IMG/VR virus record: IMGVR_UViG_3300014913_000009 | Span: 1 to 64,000 of that record | Origin: a virus | Strand: one strand, 5' to 3' | Length of the DNA: 64,000 nt | In this document: in pieces, positions 27,044 through 37,007 of the stretch | Numbering within the stretch: position 1 is the first letter of the stretch | How the letters are laid out: each line of letters begins with the position of its first letter | The notes under the pieces: generated by a model | The model's input: only the letters and a program-made list of their open reading frames with translations | Told to the model about the DNA's origin: nothing | Database searches by the model: none | Program-made: the position numbers and the translations under genes

Positions 27044-27070
27044 TTTTTTTTTTTTTTTTTAATATCAGTT

Positions 27071-27724
27071 ATGACTAAAACAAAAATGAAAATAGTTGCA
27101 TTCATGCCTATCAAGTTGAATAGTCAGCGTTTGCCATGTAAAAATATCAAACCATTGAATGGCAGGCCTATGTTAAACTATGCCATTGATACTGTAAATA
27201 GTCTTAATAGTATAGACAATTACATATTCTGCTCAGATCCAAAAGTAATGGATTATGTGGAGAGTAGTAATGTTGAATTCCTACAAAGAGATACATCATT
27301 AGATAGTGATAATACTTTGGGTAGCGAAATTTATGACGCTTTCATCAAGCAGATAGATGCAGATGCTTACATCTTATATCATGCCACTTCCCCCCTCCTT
27401 GAAAAAAAGTATTATGAACAAGGAATACATTCCATAAATATGGGAATGTCTTCTGCATTTACAGTTTTTAGGCACCAGACATTTGCATGGTATAGGCGAA
27501 TGCCACTCAACTTCGATATCGAAATACATCCACGTACCCAGGATTTGAATCCGATTATGACAGAAACGTCCGGCTTCTATATGTTTAGAAAAGAAATATG
27601 GGATTGGCATAAGCGGAGAATAGGCCCTAGTCCCGATTTGGTCGAAGTAGATTTCTGGTCTTCTGTTGATATAGATTATCAATGGCAGTTCGACTTATGT
27701 GAAAGGAAACTTAAAAATGTCTAA
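27071..27724 (+). CDS. Acylneuraminate/nonulosonate cytidylyltransferase (NeuA-like)
   Basis: PIKLNSQRLPCKNIK, HATSPL, RTQDL and DID motifs. The ORF-track extension upstream is the tRNA. Confidence 0.9.
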   Translation: MTKTKMKIVAFMPIKLNSQRLPCKNIKPLNGRPMLNYAIDTVNSLNSIDNYIFCSDPKVMDYVESSNVEFLQRDTSLDSDNTLGSEIYDAFIKQIDADAYILYHATSPLLEKKYYEQGIHSINMGMSSAFTVFRHQTFAWYRRMPLNFDIEIHPRTQDLNPIMTETSGFYMFRKEIWDWHKRRIGPSPDLVEVDFWSSVDIDYQWQFDLCERKLKNV

Positions 27725-28328
27725 TATAAAACCACTTGCGATATTGTCAAAATGCAAAGGTCGAGTTACAATACTTGGAAGCGGACCATCCTCAAACAAC
27801 TATAGCATTACAACAGATACTGTTATCATTCCCAACCGATCTATTTGTGCTTCCGCGATTAAAGGCAAGCAAGTAATCTGGGTCTTGGGTTCGGGGACGT
27901 TCAAAAAACAAATTGTTGAATTGCATAAGGACTTTCTTCTTAGGAAGGCAGAAGATCCACAAATAATTGTTTTAAGGTGTGCTGGCAATTTGGATAAGTA
28001 TCAAGAGATATATAACCTTCTTAAATCTGAAACAAATGCAACGATTGTATACATTCCGGTAGCGACTGTTATATCGACTGGAGCGGAATGTGTTAAAATT
28101 GCACTACTTCTTGGTTATGATAACTTGCAAGTTGCCGGTATTGAGATGGGTGTTGATACGACGTATTCCCAAGATATTCTTAATAATAATTTGGGACTCG
28201 ACTCGGGTAAAAGGCATCTGAATGAAGATAAAGCATATTTTAATACGATGGACACAAAAGAAAAGCGTTTGATTCATCCGGTTGAAAATTCAGGTTTGTA
28301 TACTTTTTTAGGGTATCCGAATGCTTGA
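27717..28328 (+). CDS. Maf/GT29-like putative sugar transferase
   Basis: ILGSGPS...STG...AL..GY....AGIEM pattern. Confidence 0.6.
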   Translation: MSNIKPLAILSKCKGRVTILGSGPSSNNYSITTDTVIIPNRSICASAIKGKQVIWVLGSGTFKKQIVELHKDFLLRKAEDPQIIVLRCAGNLDKYQEIYNLLKSETNATIVYIPVATVISTGAECVKIALLLGYDNLQVAGIEMGVDTTYSQDILNNNLGLDSGKRHLNEDKAYFNTMDTKEKRLIHPVENSGLYTFLGYPNA

Positions 28329-29544
28329 CATTCTTCCTATAAAACAAATTCGCAAATTGCAAATTCAGCAAATTCAACAACAGATAAACCTACTACACAA
28401 TGCGGCTTCTGACAAAACCTGTTATATATTAACATGCGGTCCATCACTACAAAAAGTATGGACAGATGAAATGAAAGATTTATTAAAAGATAAATTTGTA
28501 ATTACAGTTAAACAGGCATCGAGATTGGCTGGCGACATATCCGATATACATATTGCTAATGAGCATAATGCAGAATCATACTCCGTTAATCAAAATACTT
28601 TAAAAATTTCTACACTAAGTAAAGATATTAAAAATAATTATAATGCTGATATATGCTTTATTCCCAAATATTTTAATTACCGTTTTCAGATATTCAAAGA
28701 TCGCAAAGTAGAGAATCATGCTCTGAGTAAAACGCTTATACGCCCATTCCCGGGAATGATGACGGAGATTGGGATGTATTTGCCAGAACATCTTGGGTGT
28801 ACTAAAACGATCATAATCGGATGGGATTTAAATCCACATGACTTGAGGCATTTTTATAGCAATGATAAAGTCCATGAAGTCGAGGAGTACAAAAAAATCA
28901 TTGATCTTTCTCCACGCATTGTAGAATGGTATGAGAGTGTTGGCAAGGAAATTTATCTTTATTCTCCATTATCCGCACTAAAAATACCACAAATTTCAGA
29001 AGAAGAATTTTACAAAGAGCACAGAACAATGTATAATACTAATAGTGACCGTTTTTTTAATAACCCTATTCACAATAAGGGAGTTGTAATGTCAAGTATT
29101 GAAATTAAAACAAAAAGTGTTACTCAGATTGAGAAAAGTAAGGTGAAAGTCATCTTTTCCATTACTAATTCGGGGGATGCAATATCAACCTCCGAAAAAC
29201 ATTCGCTACATTTTCGTCCGCATGACAATCTTAAGAACATAGCAGGGCAAGTGATGGATATTAATAGAATCGACAAAGGGCAGACTATTGAAGTAGAGCA
29301 AATTTGTCCAATTGATAAAATTGGCGATGCTCGCTTTGGACTTGTCATAGAAGGAAAAAAATGGCTTGTCAAAGGCGTTGAGATAGATGGTGAAATTATC
29401 CCGTTGCCTAAGCCAAAAGAAAAAGTAGTAATAAAGACACAGGAGGAGCAAGAAGAGGGGAAGTCAGTACACTCATCCCCCAAGAAGGGAAGCAAAAGGA
29501 AAAGGAAAAAGCGAAAATACACACGCAAGAGCAACGAATCCTAA
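28321..29544 (+). CDS. Maf/DUF115-like domain plus beta-rich domain and basic tail
   Basis: CYILTCGPSL...HLGC..IIIGWDL...HFY; in-frame internal SD and ATG at 29089. Confidence 0.6.
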   Translation: MLDILPIKQIRKLQIQQIQQQINLLHNAASDKTCYILTCGPSLQKVWTDEMKDLLKDKFVITVKQASRLAGDISDIHIANEHNAESYSVNQNTLKISTLSKDIKNNYNADICFIPKYFNYRFQIFKDRKVENHALSKTLIRPFPGMMTEIGMYLPEHLGCTKTIIIGWDLNPHDLRHFYSNDKVHEVEEYKKIIDLSPRIVEWYESVGKEIYLYSPLSALKIPQISEEEFYKEHRTMYNTNSDRFFNNPIHNKGVVMSSIEIKTKSVTQIEKSKVKVIFSITNSGDAISTSEKHSLHFRPHDNLKNIAGQVMDINRIDKGQTIEVEQICPIDKIGDARFGLVIEGKKWLVKGVEIDGEIIPLPKPKEKVVIKTQEEQEEGKSVHSSPKKGSKRKRKKRKYTRKSNES

Positions 29545-29570
29545 TTGCTTGGGCTGCTACTGATAAAGTC

Positions 29571-30179
29571 TTGTCTAGATTTGTAAAATGCAATGCTATG
29601 CAGGATAAGAAATCTTATTGGAAAAAGTTTGACAAACTTATTGTGACAAATCATACGAGTAAGTTTGATGTAAATATATTTGCCGACTTCGACATAAAGA
29701 GAATAGATACTCATTCTCAAGTTCCGGGTCAAAAAAACCGAAAAGACTTTAATTTATCTAAGGTGAGAAATGCTAGCCTTGACTATGCTGCTGAAAATAA
29801 CTATGACTTTTTAGTTGTAGTAGATGTTGATTGTATAGTATATTCATATCCGTCCAACCTTGACGACAAAAGAATTGGAGGTGTGAAGTTCCGATGCAAG
29901 TCAGGAGAAGAGATTTTCGACAGTAGATCTAATTGCCGCACGGGAACAGCGTCATGGTTTATTATACCCAAATCCCTTTTTCACCTTAGATGGCACGAAG
30001 GTTTTGTGGGCTATGGATGGGAAGATATGGATTGGGCGATGAATGTAGTAGGAAAACGGGGATACAAGACATATGGAAGTAATATGGAGTGTGCACACAT
30101 TTCACACAAAGAGGAGTTTCCCGATGGCAAAATACTGAAGAATAATTCTGCATTATTCGAAAGAAGAAAAAGCATTTAA
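29571..30179 (+). CDS. GT-A glycosyltransferase (GT2/GT7-like)
   Basis: RN...DVD and EGFVGYGWED..HISH; start may be 29598. Confidence 0.8.
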   Translation: MSRFVKCNAMQDKKSYWKKFDKLIVTNHTSKFDVNIFADFDIKRIDTHSQVPGQKNRKDFNLSKVRNASLDYAAENNYDFLVVVDVDCIVYSYPSNLDDKRIGGVKFRCKSGEEIFDSRSNCRTGTASWFIIPKSLFHLRWHEGFVGYGWEDMDWAMNVVGKRGYKTYGSNMECAHISHKEEFPDGKILKNNSALFERRKSI

Positions 30180-30198
30180 ATAGAACTCAGATTAAAAG

Positions 30199-30804
30199 AT
30201 GAAGAAAAGCAACATGATTACCATTCTCGGAAGTGGAATTAGTGCTCATAATTATGAGATAAAAACTTCGTCAGTTATAGTTTCCAATGGATCATTATTA
30301 TCTCCATCAATAAAAGGAAAAAGTATCACATGGATTACCGGAGGAGATACTGGACAAAGAGTCGATCATTATAAAAATATTGTAGATAATGCCGCAAAGA
30401 TCCCGACCTCTATAGTGATACAATACAATGAGATACAGCATATTAATGATATTCTCAAATTTGCTCAATATGCGAAAAAAGCATTTGAAATAGACCCTAT
30501 ATTTATACCATCATACAGACCAATTGAATGCGAGCAATTTACAAAAAATGTTATATCAACTGGAATGAGATGTATTGAAATAGCATTAAAGTATTATAAC
30601 GAAATTTTTGTTGCAGGTATCGAGATGGGAATTAACACAAATTACGACGATACACTAATCAAGAAAAATGCACATGGATATTCTGCTACTTTACATCTTG
30701 AAAAGGATAAAACATTTCTTAAAAGTTTGAATAAAAATAATCTAAATAAAATCAAACCTTGCGATAAGTCGGGATTGAAAAAATTTATGGATGCCTTAAT
30801 ATGA
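30199..30804 (+). CDS. Paralog of 27717 (Maf/GT29-like)
   Basis: ILGSG...ISTG..C..IAL...VAGIEMG...HL..DK shared with 27717. Confidence 0.6.
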   Translation: MKKSNMITILGSGISAHNYEIKTSSVIVSNGSLLSPSIKGKSITWITGGDTGQRVDHYKNIVDNAAKIPTSIVIQYNEIQHINDILKFAQYAKKAFEIDPIFIPSYRPIECEQFTKNVISTGMRCIEIALKYYNEIFVAGIEMGINTNYDDTLIKKNAHGYSATLHLEKDKTFLKSLNKNNLNKIKPCDKSGLKKFMDALI

Positions 30805-31643
30805 ATATCGACAATATAAAACCACCCCCGGACGGAAAAAACCAGATTACAAGATCGCGAAATAGCGACATTGAAAAAAACGATGTAATTACATTTATTT
30901 CCGGCGAAGAAGATATGGCATTTCCATTAGTATCAAATCTTCTTGTGAATGAATATCCCGAAGGCGAACGCGTAACAATCTCCAAAAAGAAAGTAAAAGA
31001 ACTCGAGGATTGGTATAAGGGACGTATTTCCGGATACCACATGTCTCTCGTAATGACTTGCGCAGAGCAATGCCCATATATAAAACAATGTCCAATAAAA
31101 AGAATGGGAATTGATATTCCTGAAGGACATCCATGTGCTTGGGAGTCTGGATTATTTAAGGCTCGTGTTGCCGGATTGTGTGCAGAATTAAATGTAGATC
31201 CACAAGACAAAAACCAATATGTCGATTACAATACTATAAGAGAAATCTCATCCGTCGAAATGTTACTCGAGAGAGTCTCCATGGAAATTAGCACAAAACC
31301 AAGAAGTGTCATTCCTCAGGCAGTCGGCATTGATGGTGATGGACATGCAATATTTCAGGACATGATAAATAAAAGATACGAATGGCTCAATCAATTGACG
31401 CGCAAAAAGGTTGGACTTCTGGAAAGTTTGTCAGCTACTAGACGTGAGAGAATAAAGGCGGGTGTTGCTACAGGACAAGATCCAGCGAGCTATGTGACAG
31501 ATTTAATGAATCGTAAAATGCGCCTAATTGACATGAGGGTCGGAGACGAAACAATAACAACACGAGATCATCCTGAGATTCCAGAGCCGGACGACGACGG
31601 GATGATCTCATTTGAAATTGACGAGGATGAATTAGGTGCCTGA
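30801..31643 (+). CDS. Cys-cluster protein, possible terminase small subunit
   Basis: C..QCP...CP...C..E motif, helical body, position at the start of the virion region. Confidence 0.45.
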   Translation: MNIDNIKPPPDGKNQITRSRNSDIEKNDVITFISGEEDMAFPLVSNLLVNEYPEGERVTISKKKVKELEDWYKGRISGYHMSLVMTCAEQCPYIKQCPIKRMGIDIPEGHPCAWESGLFKARVAGLCAELNVDPQDKNQYVDYNTIREISSVEMLLERVSMEISTKPRSVIPQAVGIDGDGHAIFQDMINKRYEWLNQLTRKKVGLLESLSATRRERIKAGVATGQDPASYVTDLMNRKMRLIDMRVGDETITTRDHPEIPEPDDDGMISFEIDEDELGA

Positions 31644-34437
31644 TCCAAGAGATCCAAGTAGCATCCCCGGAAAATCCGCCAGACAGGCAGTAATCAATCC
31701 CGCCTCTCGAATACAGCATGTCGATGATATACTCGGCTTCAATCAAATCCCTACCGCCTCGTCCAAACAAAGAGCCCTCCTCGCTGCCCGCCAGTATTCC
31801 CCATCGGGCATTCGCCCACAAGGACCATTTACTCAGGGGCAGGGTAATGGTCTTTGGTTTATGGACATTGAAACACTCGGATTAGATAGCGCGTCTCCCG
31901 TTACCATGGGAAGTGTGATGTCTCGAAGTGGCATTGAATCTTTGAGCGGAAATCTTCAGGAGAAGATGATTAGGTCAGGACAATTCGACGAATCAATACT
32001 TCCTGGGTTTGGAAGTGCTGGAGGAAAGATTAAAGGATTACATAATCTCGCAGAATCCGAATGGGACGATCTTGTGAGAAGTATAGATAATGCAACCGAT
32101 TCCGCAGGAAATAATAAACTTAAGGACATTATGGCGGGGCAGTCAAGCAGAGCAATACTCGACGAAGCCAAGCAAACTGGGAGACACCCTGCTGATGTCC
32201 TCTTATCTAAAATGCGGGAAACGAGAAAGGCAGAGGATTTTGGTGCATTATTCAATGCAAAGAAAACAAACAAACGTGCGGGAGATTGGTTTGCCAAGAA
32301 GATAAAGATGATTAGCGATCATGGTGGGGGCACATTGGTCGTCCATAATCTGCCATTTGAATCACGCATAATGAGTACGAGATTTACAGACAAAGGATAT
32401 AAGACCCAGGTTGAGCCTTATTTATATGCATCGTCAATACAAAAGTCCGGCAAAATTGACAAAAGGATGTACTCCACTTCAAAAGAAGTTAGTCGATTGT
32501 CCGATATGCTCCATATTAAAACTCGTGCCGGAGTTGGGGTTGGAGATACTGGAAAGCAATTATTTCAAGCCGTCAAATCTCATATATCTACTCCTGCCGA
32601 CGGATACGTAAAACTTCTTGATAGCCGCGATATTATGCGTTCTGTTAATGCAATGGCAGAAGAGCAGGGGTTCTTGAGTTCAATTGGAGTTACTCGTGGG
32701 TCATCCGTTGATGATTTTTTGCAAGCATTAGATCCCAATCTTAAAGAGTTTCATTTACCATCAGCCGATGATGTTGCCACAGAAGCATTGCTATCACATC
32801 AAATGCAAGCCGGAGAATTACTTGCAAAAGGTGATAAAGAAGCCAAGAAGCAACTTCAGTCCAAATTCGGCGATTACTTCAAGAGGCTGGACATCATCAG
32901 AACGGATAGTCGGCGAGCCGAAAAATATCTCGTTGAAAGATTATCAAATCAAATAGCCAATACACTTGCCGGCAAAGATGTGCGATTGATGGAAGGGAAT
33001 ACTATTAATGGCGTTTTTGTTCCCACGGTAAATGCTTATGAAGGAACTCGCTCAGTATATGATCCAAATGTTGGCAAAAAGGTTGCCGAAACATATTCAG
33101 TACATCGTCCAAAATATTCATCATCACAAAGAACGATAGATGAATTATTTGAATACAATTGGAACGCAACGTCAAAATATCACAGAAAAAATATTTCCAG
33201 AAAAAGATATGATGCTATAAGAGATTCTTTGAAACCCATACTTGAAAAAGGCGAAGCCCTTGATGATGCTGGACTATTATTGCAGAAAGAAATACAAACG
33301 TTAATCAGCAAGGGCGATGATGTCTCAATAAAAGGGATTGAGGCGATCATTGCAAAGCAATCGACCAAAGCAATGGGAAGTGCAACAAAAGCCGCCGAGG
33401 CCGCTTCACGCTTCTCTAAAGCGAAGTGGTTGGGAGTTGGCGTTGGAATTGGACTTGCCGCGACAATGCTATGGGAAGGTAATCCTGAAAGAAATACAGA
33501 AAGGATGACTTCCATAAATCGCGGTGGTAGTGGATCTCCTACTGGAAGTGCTGCGATTGGCGGTGGATTAGCAGTTGCGGGAATTGCAGGTGCATTAAAA
33601 GCGGGGAAAGGATCCCCCGCGTCTTATGGTGCAGTATTGGCCGGCGGATATGCATTGGCAAGTGGAGTTCATGATGTCCTTAATGACAACAAATCGTCAG
33701 ATTGGGGTGGGTCGTTAGGTGCTGGGATTACTGCCGCAGCATTTGGGGGCGTTGCTTATGCAGGGGCCGGAGGGCTGGGGAAGTTAGGACGACCGGAGTT
33801 TTTAAGCAAGGTGGATGATATGTGGAAGGGGCTAGGCGGGCAAAGAATGGGATTTGCTGCTGCCGGAATTATTGGTGCGGGATTAATAGCATCTTATATG
33901 TTGGATGATAATCCCGAAGTTTCCAATCCAATGAGTGAGGCAAGTCATCGCACGCATTCAGATTTTGGCTCACCATACAAAGGGAGGCGAGTATCTGCTG
34001 CTATTGGCGGCTTATTCGAAGATGTTGTCGAAGGAACAAATAAATATATAGGAAAAGTAAGAGGGGGGATGAAGGGTATAGTCAAAACAACGTCGTTGAA
34101 AAAACCGGGTAGTGGACTTATAGTTCATAATGCGACATACTCTGGAAAACAATCAGTCGCAAAAATATCACTATTGGAATCGGCTATGGAGCAAACGGCA
34201 AGCAGACCCGAAATACTTGGAAGAACATCAAGATTGATGCCAAGTGTTGATGATGTCGTTCCATTCAAAAGAATTGCCCAAAAAGGAGGCTTGCCCGAAA
34301 TGCCATCCAAGGGTAAAATAGAATTGCCTTTACCACCGCGTGTAGGTATTCCTCGCGTACAAGGAAGTAAAACCAATACGCCATTTAATGTTGGTAGCAA
34401 TGGAAAGAGTCGGGCAAATGCTAGTTGTATGTATTAA
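31636..34437 (+). CDS. DnaQ-like exonuclease-fold domain fused to a Gly/Ala-rich membrane region
   Basis: FMDIETLG, VHNLPFE, LLDS and HLPSADD; several hydrophobic Gly-rich segments toward the C-terminus. Confidence 0.55.
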   Translation: MPDPRDPSSIPGKSARQAVINPASRIQHVDDILGFNQIPTASSKQRALLAARQYSPSGIRPQGPFTQGQGNGLWFMDIETLGLDSASPVTMGSVMSRSGIESLSGNLQEKMIRSGQFDESILPGFGSAGGKIKGLHNLAESEWDDLVRSIDNATDSAGNNKLKDIMAGQSSRAILDEAKQTGRHPADVLLSKMRETRKAEDFGALFNAKKTNKRAGDWFAKKIKMISDHGGGTLVVHNLPFESRIMSTRFTDKGYKTQVEPYLYASSIQKSGKIDKRMYSTSKEVSRLSDMLHIKTRAGVGVGDTGKQLFQAVKSHISTPADGYVKLLDSRDIMRSVNAMAEEQGFLSSIGVTRGSSVDDFLQALDPNLKEFHLPSADDVATEALLSHQMQAGELLAKGDKEAKKQLQSKFGDYFKRLDIIRTDSRRAEKYLVERLSNQIANTLAGKDVRLMEGNTINGVFVPTVNAYEGTRSVYDPNVGKKVAETYSVHRPKYSSSQRTIDELFEYNWNATSKYHRKNISRKRYDAIRDSLKPILEKGEALDDAGLLLQKEIQTLISKGDDVSIKGIEAIIAKQSTKAMGSATKAAEAASRFSKAKWLGVGVGIGLAATMLWEGNPERNTERMTSINRGGSGSPTGSAAIGGGLAVAGIAGALKAGKGSPASYGAVLAGGYALASGVHDVLNDNKSSDWGGSLGAGITAAAFGGVAYAGAGGLGKLGRPEFLSKVDDMWKGLGGQRMGFAAAGIIGAGLIASYMLDDNPEVSNPMSEASHRTHSDFGSPYKGRRVSAAIGGLFEDVVEGTNKYIGKVRGGMKGIVKTTSLKKPGSGLIVHNATYSGKQSVAKISLLESAMEQTASRPEILGRTSRLMPSVDDVVPFKRIAQKGGLPEMPSKGKIELPLPPRVGIPRVQGSKTNTPFNVGSNGKSRANASCMY

Positions 34438-34447
34438 GGAGATATAA

Positions 34448-34993
34448 ATGCCATTAATAGGAACATCTTACGGATCGTCATCTCATATGCAGGGTGGCTA
34501 CGAGGGATTTATTAAGACCGGATTCTCTGGAAGTATGGCGCTTGATATGACTGCGTTTGGGGCGATTGACACGATGGTAAAAGGGAGTGCAGTTAAAGCA
34601 AATCCAATAACTGGAAGATTACCTGGATTCAAGCATCTGTATAGTTTCCTTGATAAAAACAAAGTCACGTCCGCAGCACTTCAGCGAATGAGTAAAAGTG
34701 TGTTCATGGGGAAATTGGGAGCAATAACGAATGTGTGGATGAGTGGACTAATGGGTGGTATGGCTGGAACTATGAGCACGATGGCTATCGGAGCATTGGG
34801 CGATTATGGATTGCAGCAAGGAGCGGAAAAACGACGCAAAAAATTTACGGGAAATGTAGAAATGTACGGGGAAGGATTTCGCGACACCAAAAATGCACAA
34901 ACAATGAGACAAACAGCATTATCTATGGTGCAGCAATCCCAACTGGGTGTTAGGAGTGCATTAGGCAGAGAAGCATTTCACATGCATAGGTAG
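34448..34993 (+). CDS. Gly/Met-rich putative virion internal protein
   Basis: SD AAGGAG; composition and context. Confidence 0.55.
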   Translation: MPLIGTSYGSSSHMQGGYEGFIKTGFSGSMALDMTAFGAIDTMVKGSAVKANPITGRLPGFKHLYSFLDKNKVTSAALQRMSKSVFMGKLGAITNVWMSGLMGGMAGTMSTMAIGALGDYGLQQGAEKRRKKFTGNVEMYGEGFRDTKNAQTMRQTALSMVQQSQLGVRSALGREAFHMHR

Positions 34994-34999
34994 GGGAAT

Positions 35000-35905
35000 A
35001 TGGGATACGGCAAACGAATCGGGCAAAAAATTAGAAGTTTTGCCAAAAAAGGAATCAAAGCCGTAACTATGCGGGGTGGCGCAAATAGGGTTGCAAAAGG
35101 GGTAAAAAAGGTCTCGAAGATAGGACGAGGTGGAGCGCAGGTAAAGGTTGCTCCCAATAATTTTTCGGCAATAAAAAGACCACCGAGCGACCCACTAAAA
35201 GGATTGACTGTAAAACCTGACGGGATGGTTGATGTTCCGTTGGGAGGAGGGTGGGTTAAACCTACGCCATCAAAAGATATTATAGCACAACACGCTAAGG
35301 AGTCCCGCATAAGAGGGTATAAGGCAGAAGATCTTATACAACGCGAACTTGACGAAGAAATAATAAGGAGAGGAGTTAATCCACTTAACATTGGAAGAAA
35401 CGAAACTTTCATGGATGAGTATGTAAGGAAAAGTGCAGAAGATGCAATCAGAAATCCAAATGCGACGTGGAATAGAGGCATAGCAGGAAGACAGGCAAAG
35501 GCGAGAGGAGGTGCCGATAAAGGTGGAATGAATTGGTTTCAAAGAATGAAACTCAAAATGAAATTGGGACCACTAAAAAATATGGATGAATCTATACCAG
35601 GAGTTACTCCCGAAATAAATAGAAGAAGAGCACTTAAATGGGGATCACTGGCAGATGAAATTACAGGACAAAAAGTTGACCTTGAATCAATCAGAGATAA
35701 TCCAGGCAACTATATACGATCAATACAAAAAAAAGCAAAATACTATAGGGAACATGCTCCGCTGGGAGATGATGTACAAGCATATTTTAAGAAGGACATT
35801 AATGGAGTTCAAAAACTGGTAGAAAATTTGCAAGACGCAAATGTTCCTCATAACAAAATCATAGATTATAGAAACCGGTTATTTAGATATCACAGAAACA
35901 GATAG
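35000..35905 (+). CDS. Basic hypothetical protein
   Basis: 301-aa ORF in operon. Confidence 0.6.
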   Translation: MGYGKRIGQKIRSFAKKGIKAVTMRGGANRVAKGVKKVSKIGRGGAQVKVAPNNFSAIKRPPSDPLKGLTVKPDGMVDVPLGGGWVKPTPSKDIIAQHAKESRIRGYKAEDLIQRELDEEIIRRGVNPLNIGRNETFMDEYVRKSAEDAIRNPNATWNRGIAGRQAKARGGADKGGMNWFQRMKLKMKLGPLKNMDESIPGVTPEINRRRALKWGSLADEITGQKVDLESIRDNPGNYIRSIQKKAKYYREHAPLGDDVQAYFKKDINGVQKLVENLQDANVPHNKIIDYRNRLFRYHRNR

Positions 35906-35914
35906 GAGATATTT

Positions 35915-36562
35915 ATGACGTCGAGACTAAAAATGGCCGGCTCATTTGGATCGGAACAAACAGCAAAAGTAGGTTCAAATTTCGGGCGAAAAATGGTCGA
36001 ACATGGAGGTGTCCGAAAATGGAGTACACACCTAAGAATGTATGGTAGTGGAAGTATGGCGATGAATTCGAGACCTGAATATGGGTTCCCTGCAGGCAGA
36101 CGAAAAAAGAAGTATAGAGGCGGGGGAAGTAACACAAGGAAAAAATACAGAGGGAAGGGAGTGCCCAGTCGCCCCACAACTCCCATATCAAAAGTAAAAG
36201 CGACAATAGATAGGGGAAAACGTCCCGGACTGTCATGGAAGAATGGAGCACCTCAAATGAGGGGACCAAAATCTCCATTGAAAATTTCTTATTTACGAAG
36301 AAAGGCGCACATGAGGGGGCTTCGTGGTATAGATAGGTCTGTCGGAAAATATTCCAAAATGGCAATGGGGGCAGGAGCAATGATGGGCATGTATGGAATT
36401 TACAAATTAGCAAAGACCGAAGGAGAGGAGGGGACTGGATCGCTTCTTTTTGGTGGTGCGATTGCAGCTGCTGGCGTGATGGGGAAAAAGCCATTAGCAT
36501 CGGCAATGAAGGGCAATTATCTTAGAAAAATTGGAAGATTGGCAAAGAAGGTAATAAAATAA
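35915..36562 (+). CDS. Basic Gly-rich protein with hydrophobic segments
   Basis: SD AGGAG. Confidence 0.6.
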   Translation: MTSRLKMAGSFGSEQTAKVGSNFGRKMVEHGGVRKWSTHLRMYGSGSMAMNSRPEYGFPAGRRKKKYRGGGSNTRKKYRGKGVPSRPTTPISKVKATIDRGKRPGLSWKNGAPQMRGPKSPLKISYLRRKAHMRGLRGIDRSVGKYSKMAMGAGAMMGMYGIYKLAKTEGEEGTGSLLFGGAIAAAGVMGKKPLASAMKGNYLRKIGRLAKKVIK

Positions 36563-36575
36563 AGGTAGGCTAATT

Positions 36576-37007
36576 ATGGCAACAATGGCAACAATAGGGG
36601 GGATAACGGCAGCAAGTGTGGCAACAATGGGAGCGATTGGCGTGTCTCAATCAATGGATGCTGGTCCAACTCCTCCAGATCCGTGGGAAATCTACCGATG
36701 GAAAAGAGCGGGTTTATATATGGGAGTTGGAGGAGTGGCGGGTGGTGGAGCCGGAATGCTCGCAGGAAGAAAACATCTGGGGAAAAGAGCCGGATGGGGA
36801 GCGCTCGCAGGTGCCGCCATAGGAATAATTGGTGGTGCAATTTTTGCCAAGTCTACTACCAACGCAGAAAAAAGAGGTGCATATATGGGAGGTCGTGTCG
36901 GACAAAATGAAGCGATGACCAGAGTCAGCGGAAGTGTTGGGCAAATTGCACAATTAAGAGCGGACATCGCAAGACTCCATAAACCTATTCGTGGTGGAGG
37001 ATATTAA
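36576..37007 (+). CDS. Glycine-zipper-like membrane protein
   Basis: GVGGVAGGGAG and GALAGAAIGIIGG. Confidence 0.6.
   Translation: MATMATIGGITAASVATMGAIGVSQSMDAGPTPPDPWEIYRWKRAGLYMGVGGVAGGGAGMLAGRKHLGKRAGWGALAGAAIGIIGGAIFAKSTTNAEKRGAYMGGRVGQNEAMTRVSGSVGQIAQLRADIARLHKPIRGGGY

Noticed and set aside
26969-27070. N-terminal extension of the cytidylyltransferase ORF
   Set aside because: It is the tRNA plus poly-T read in frame
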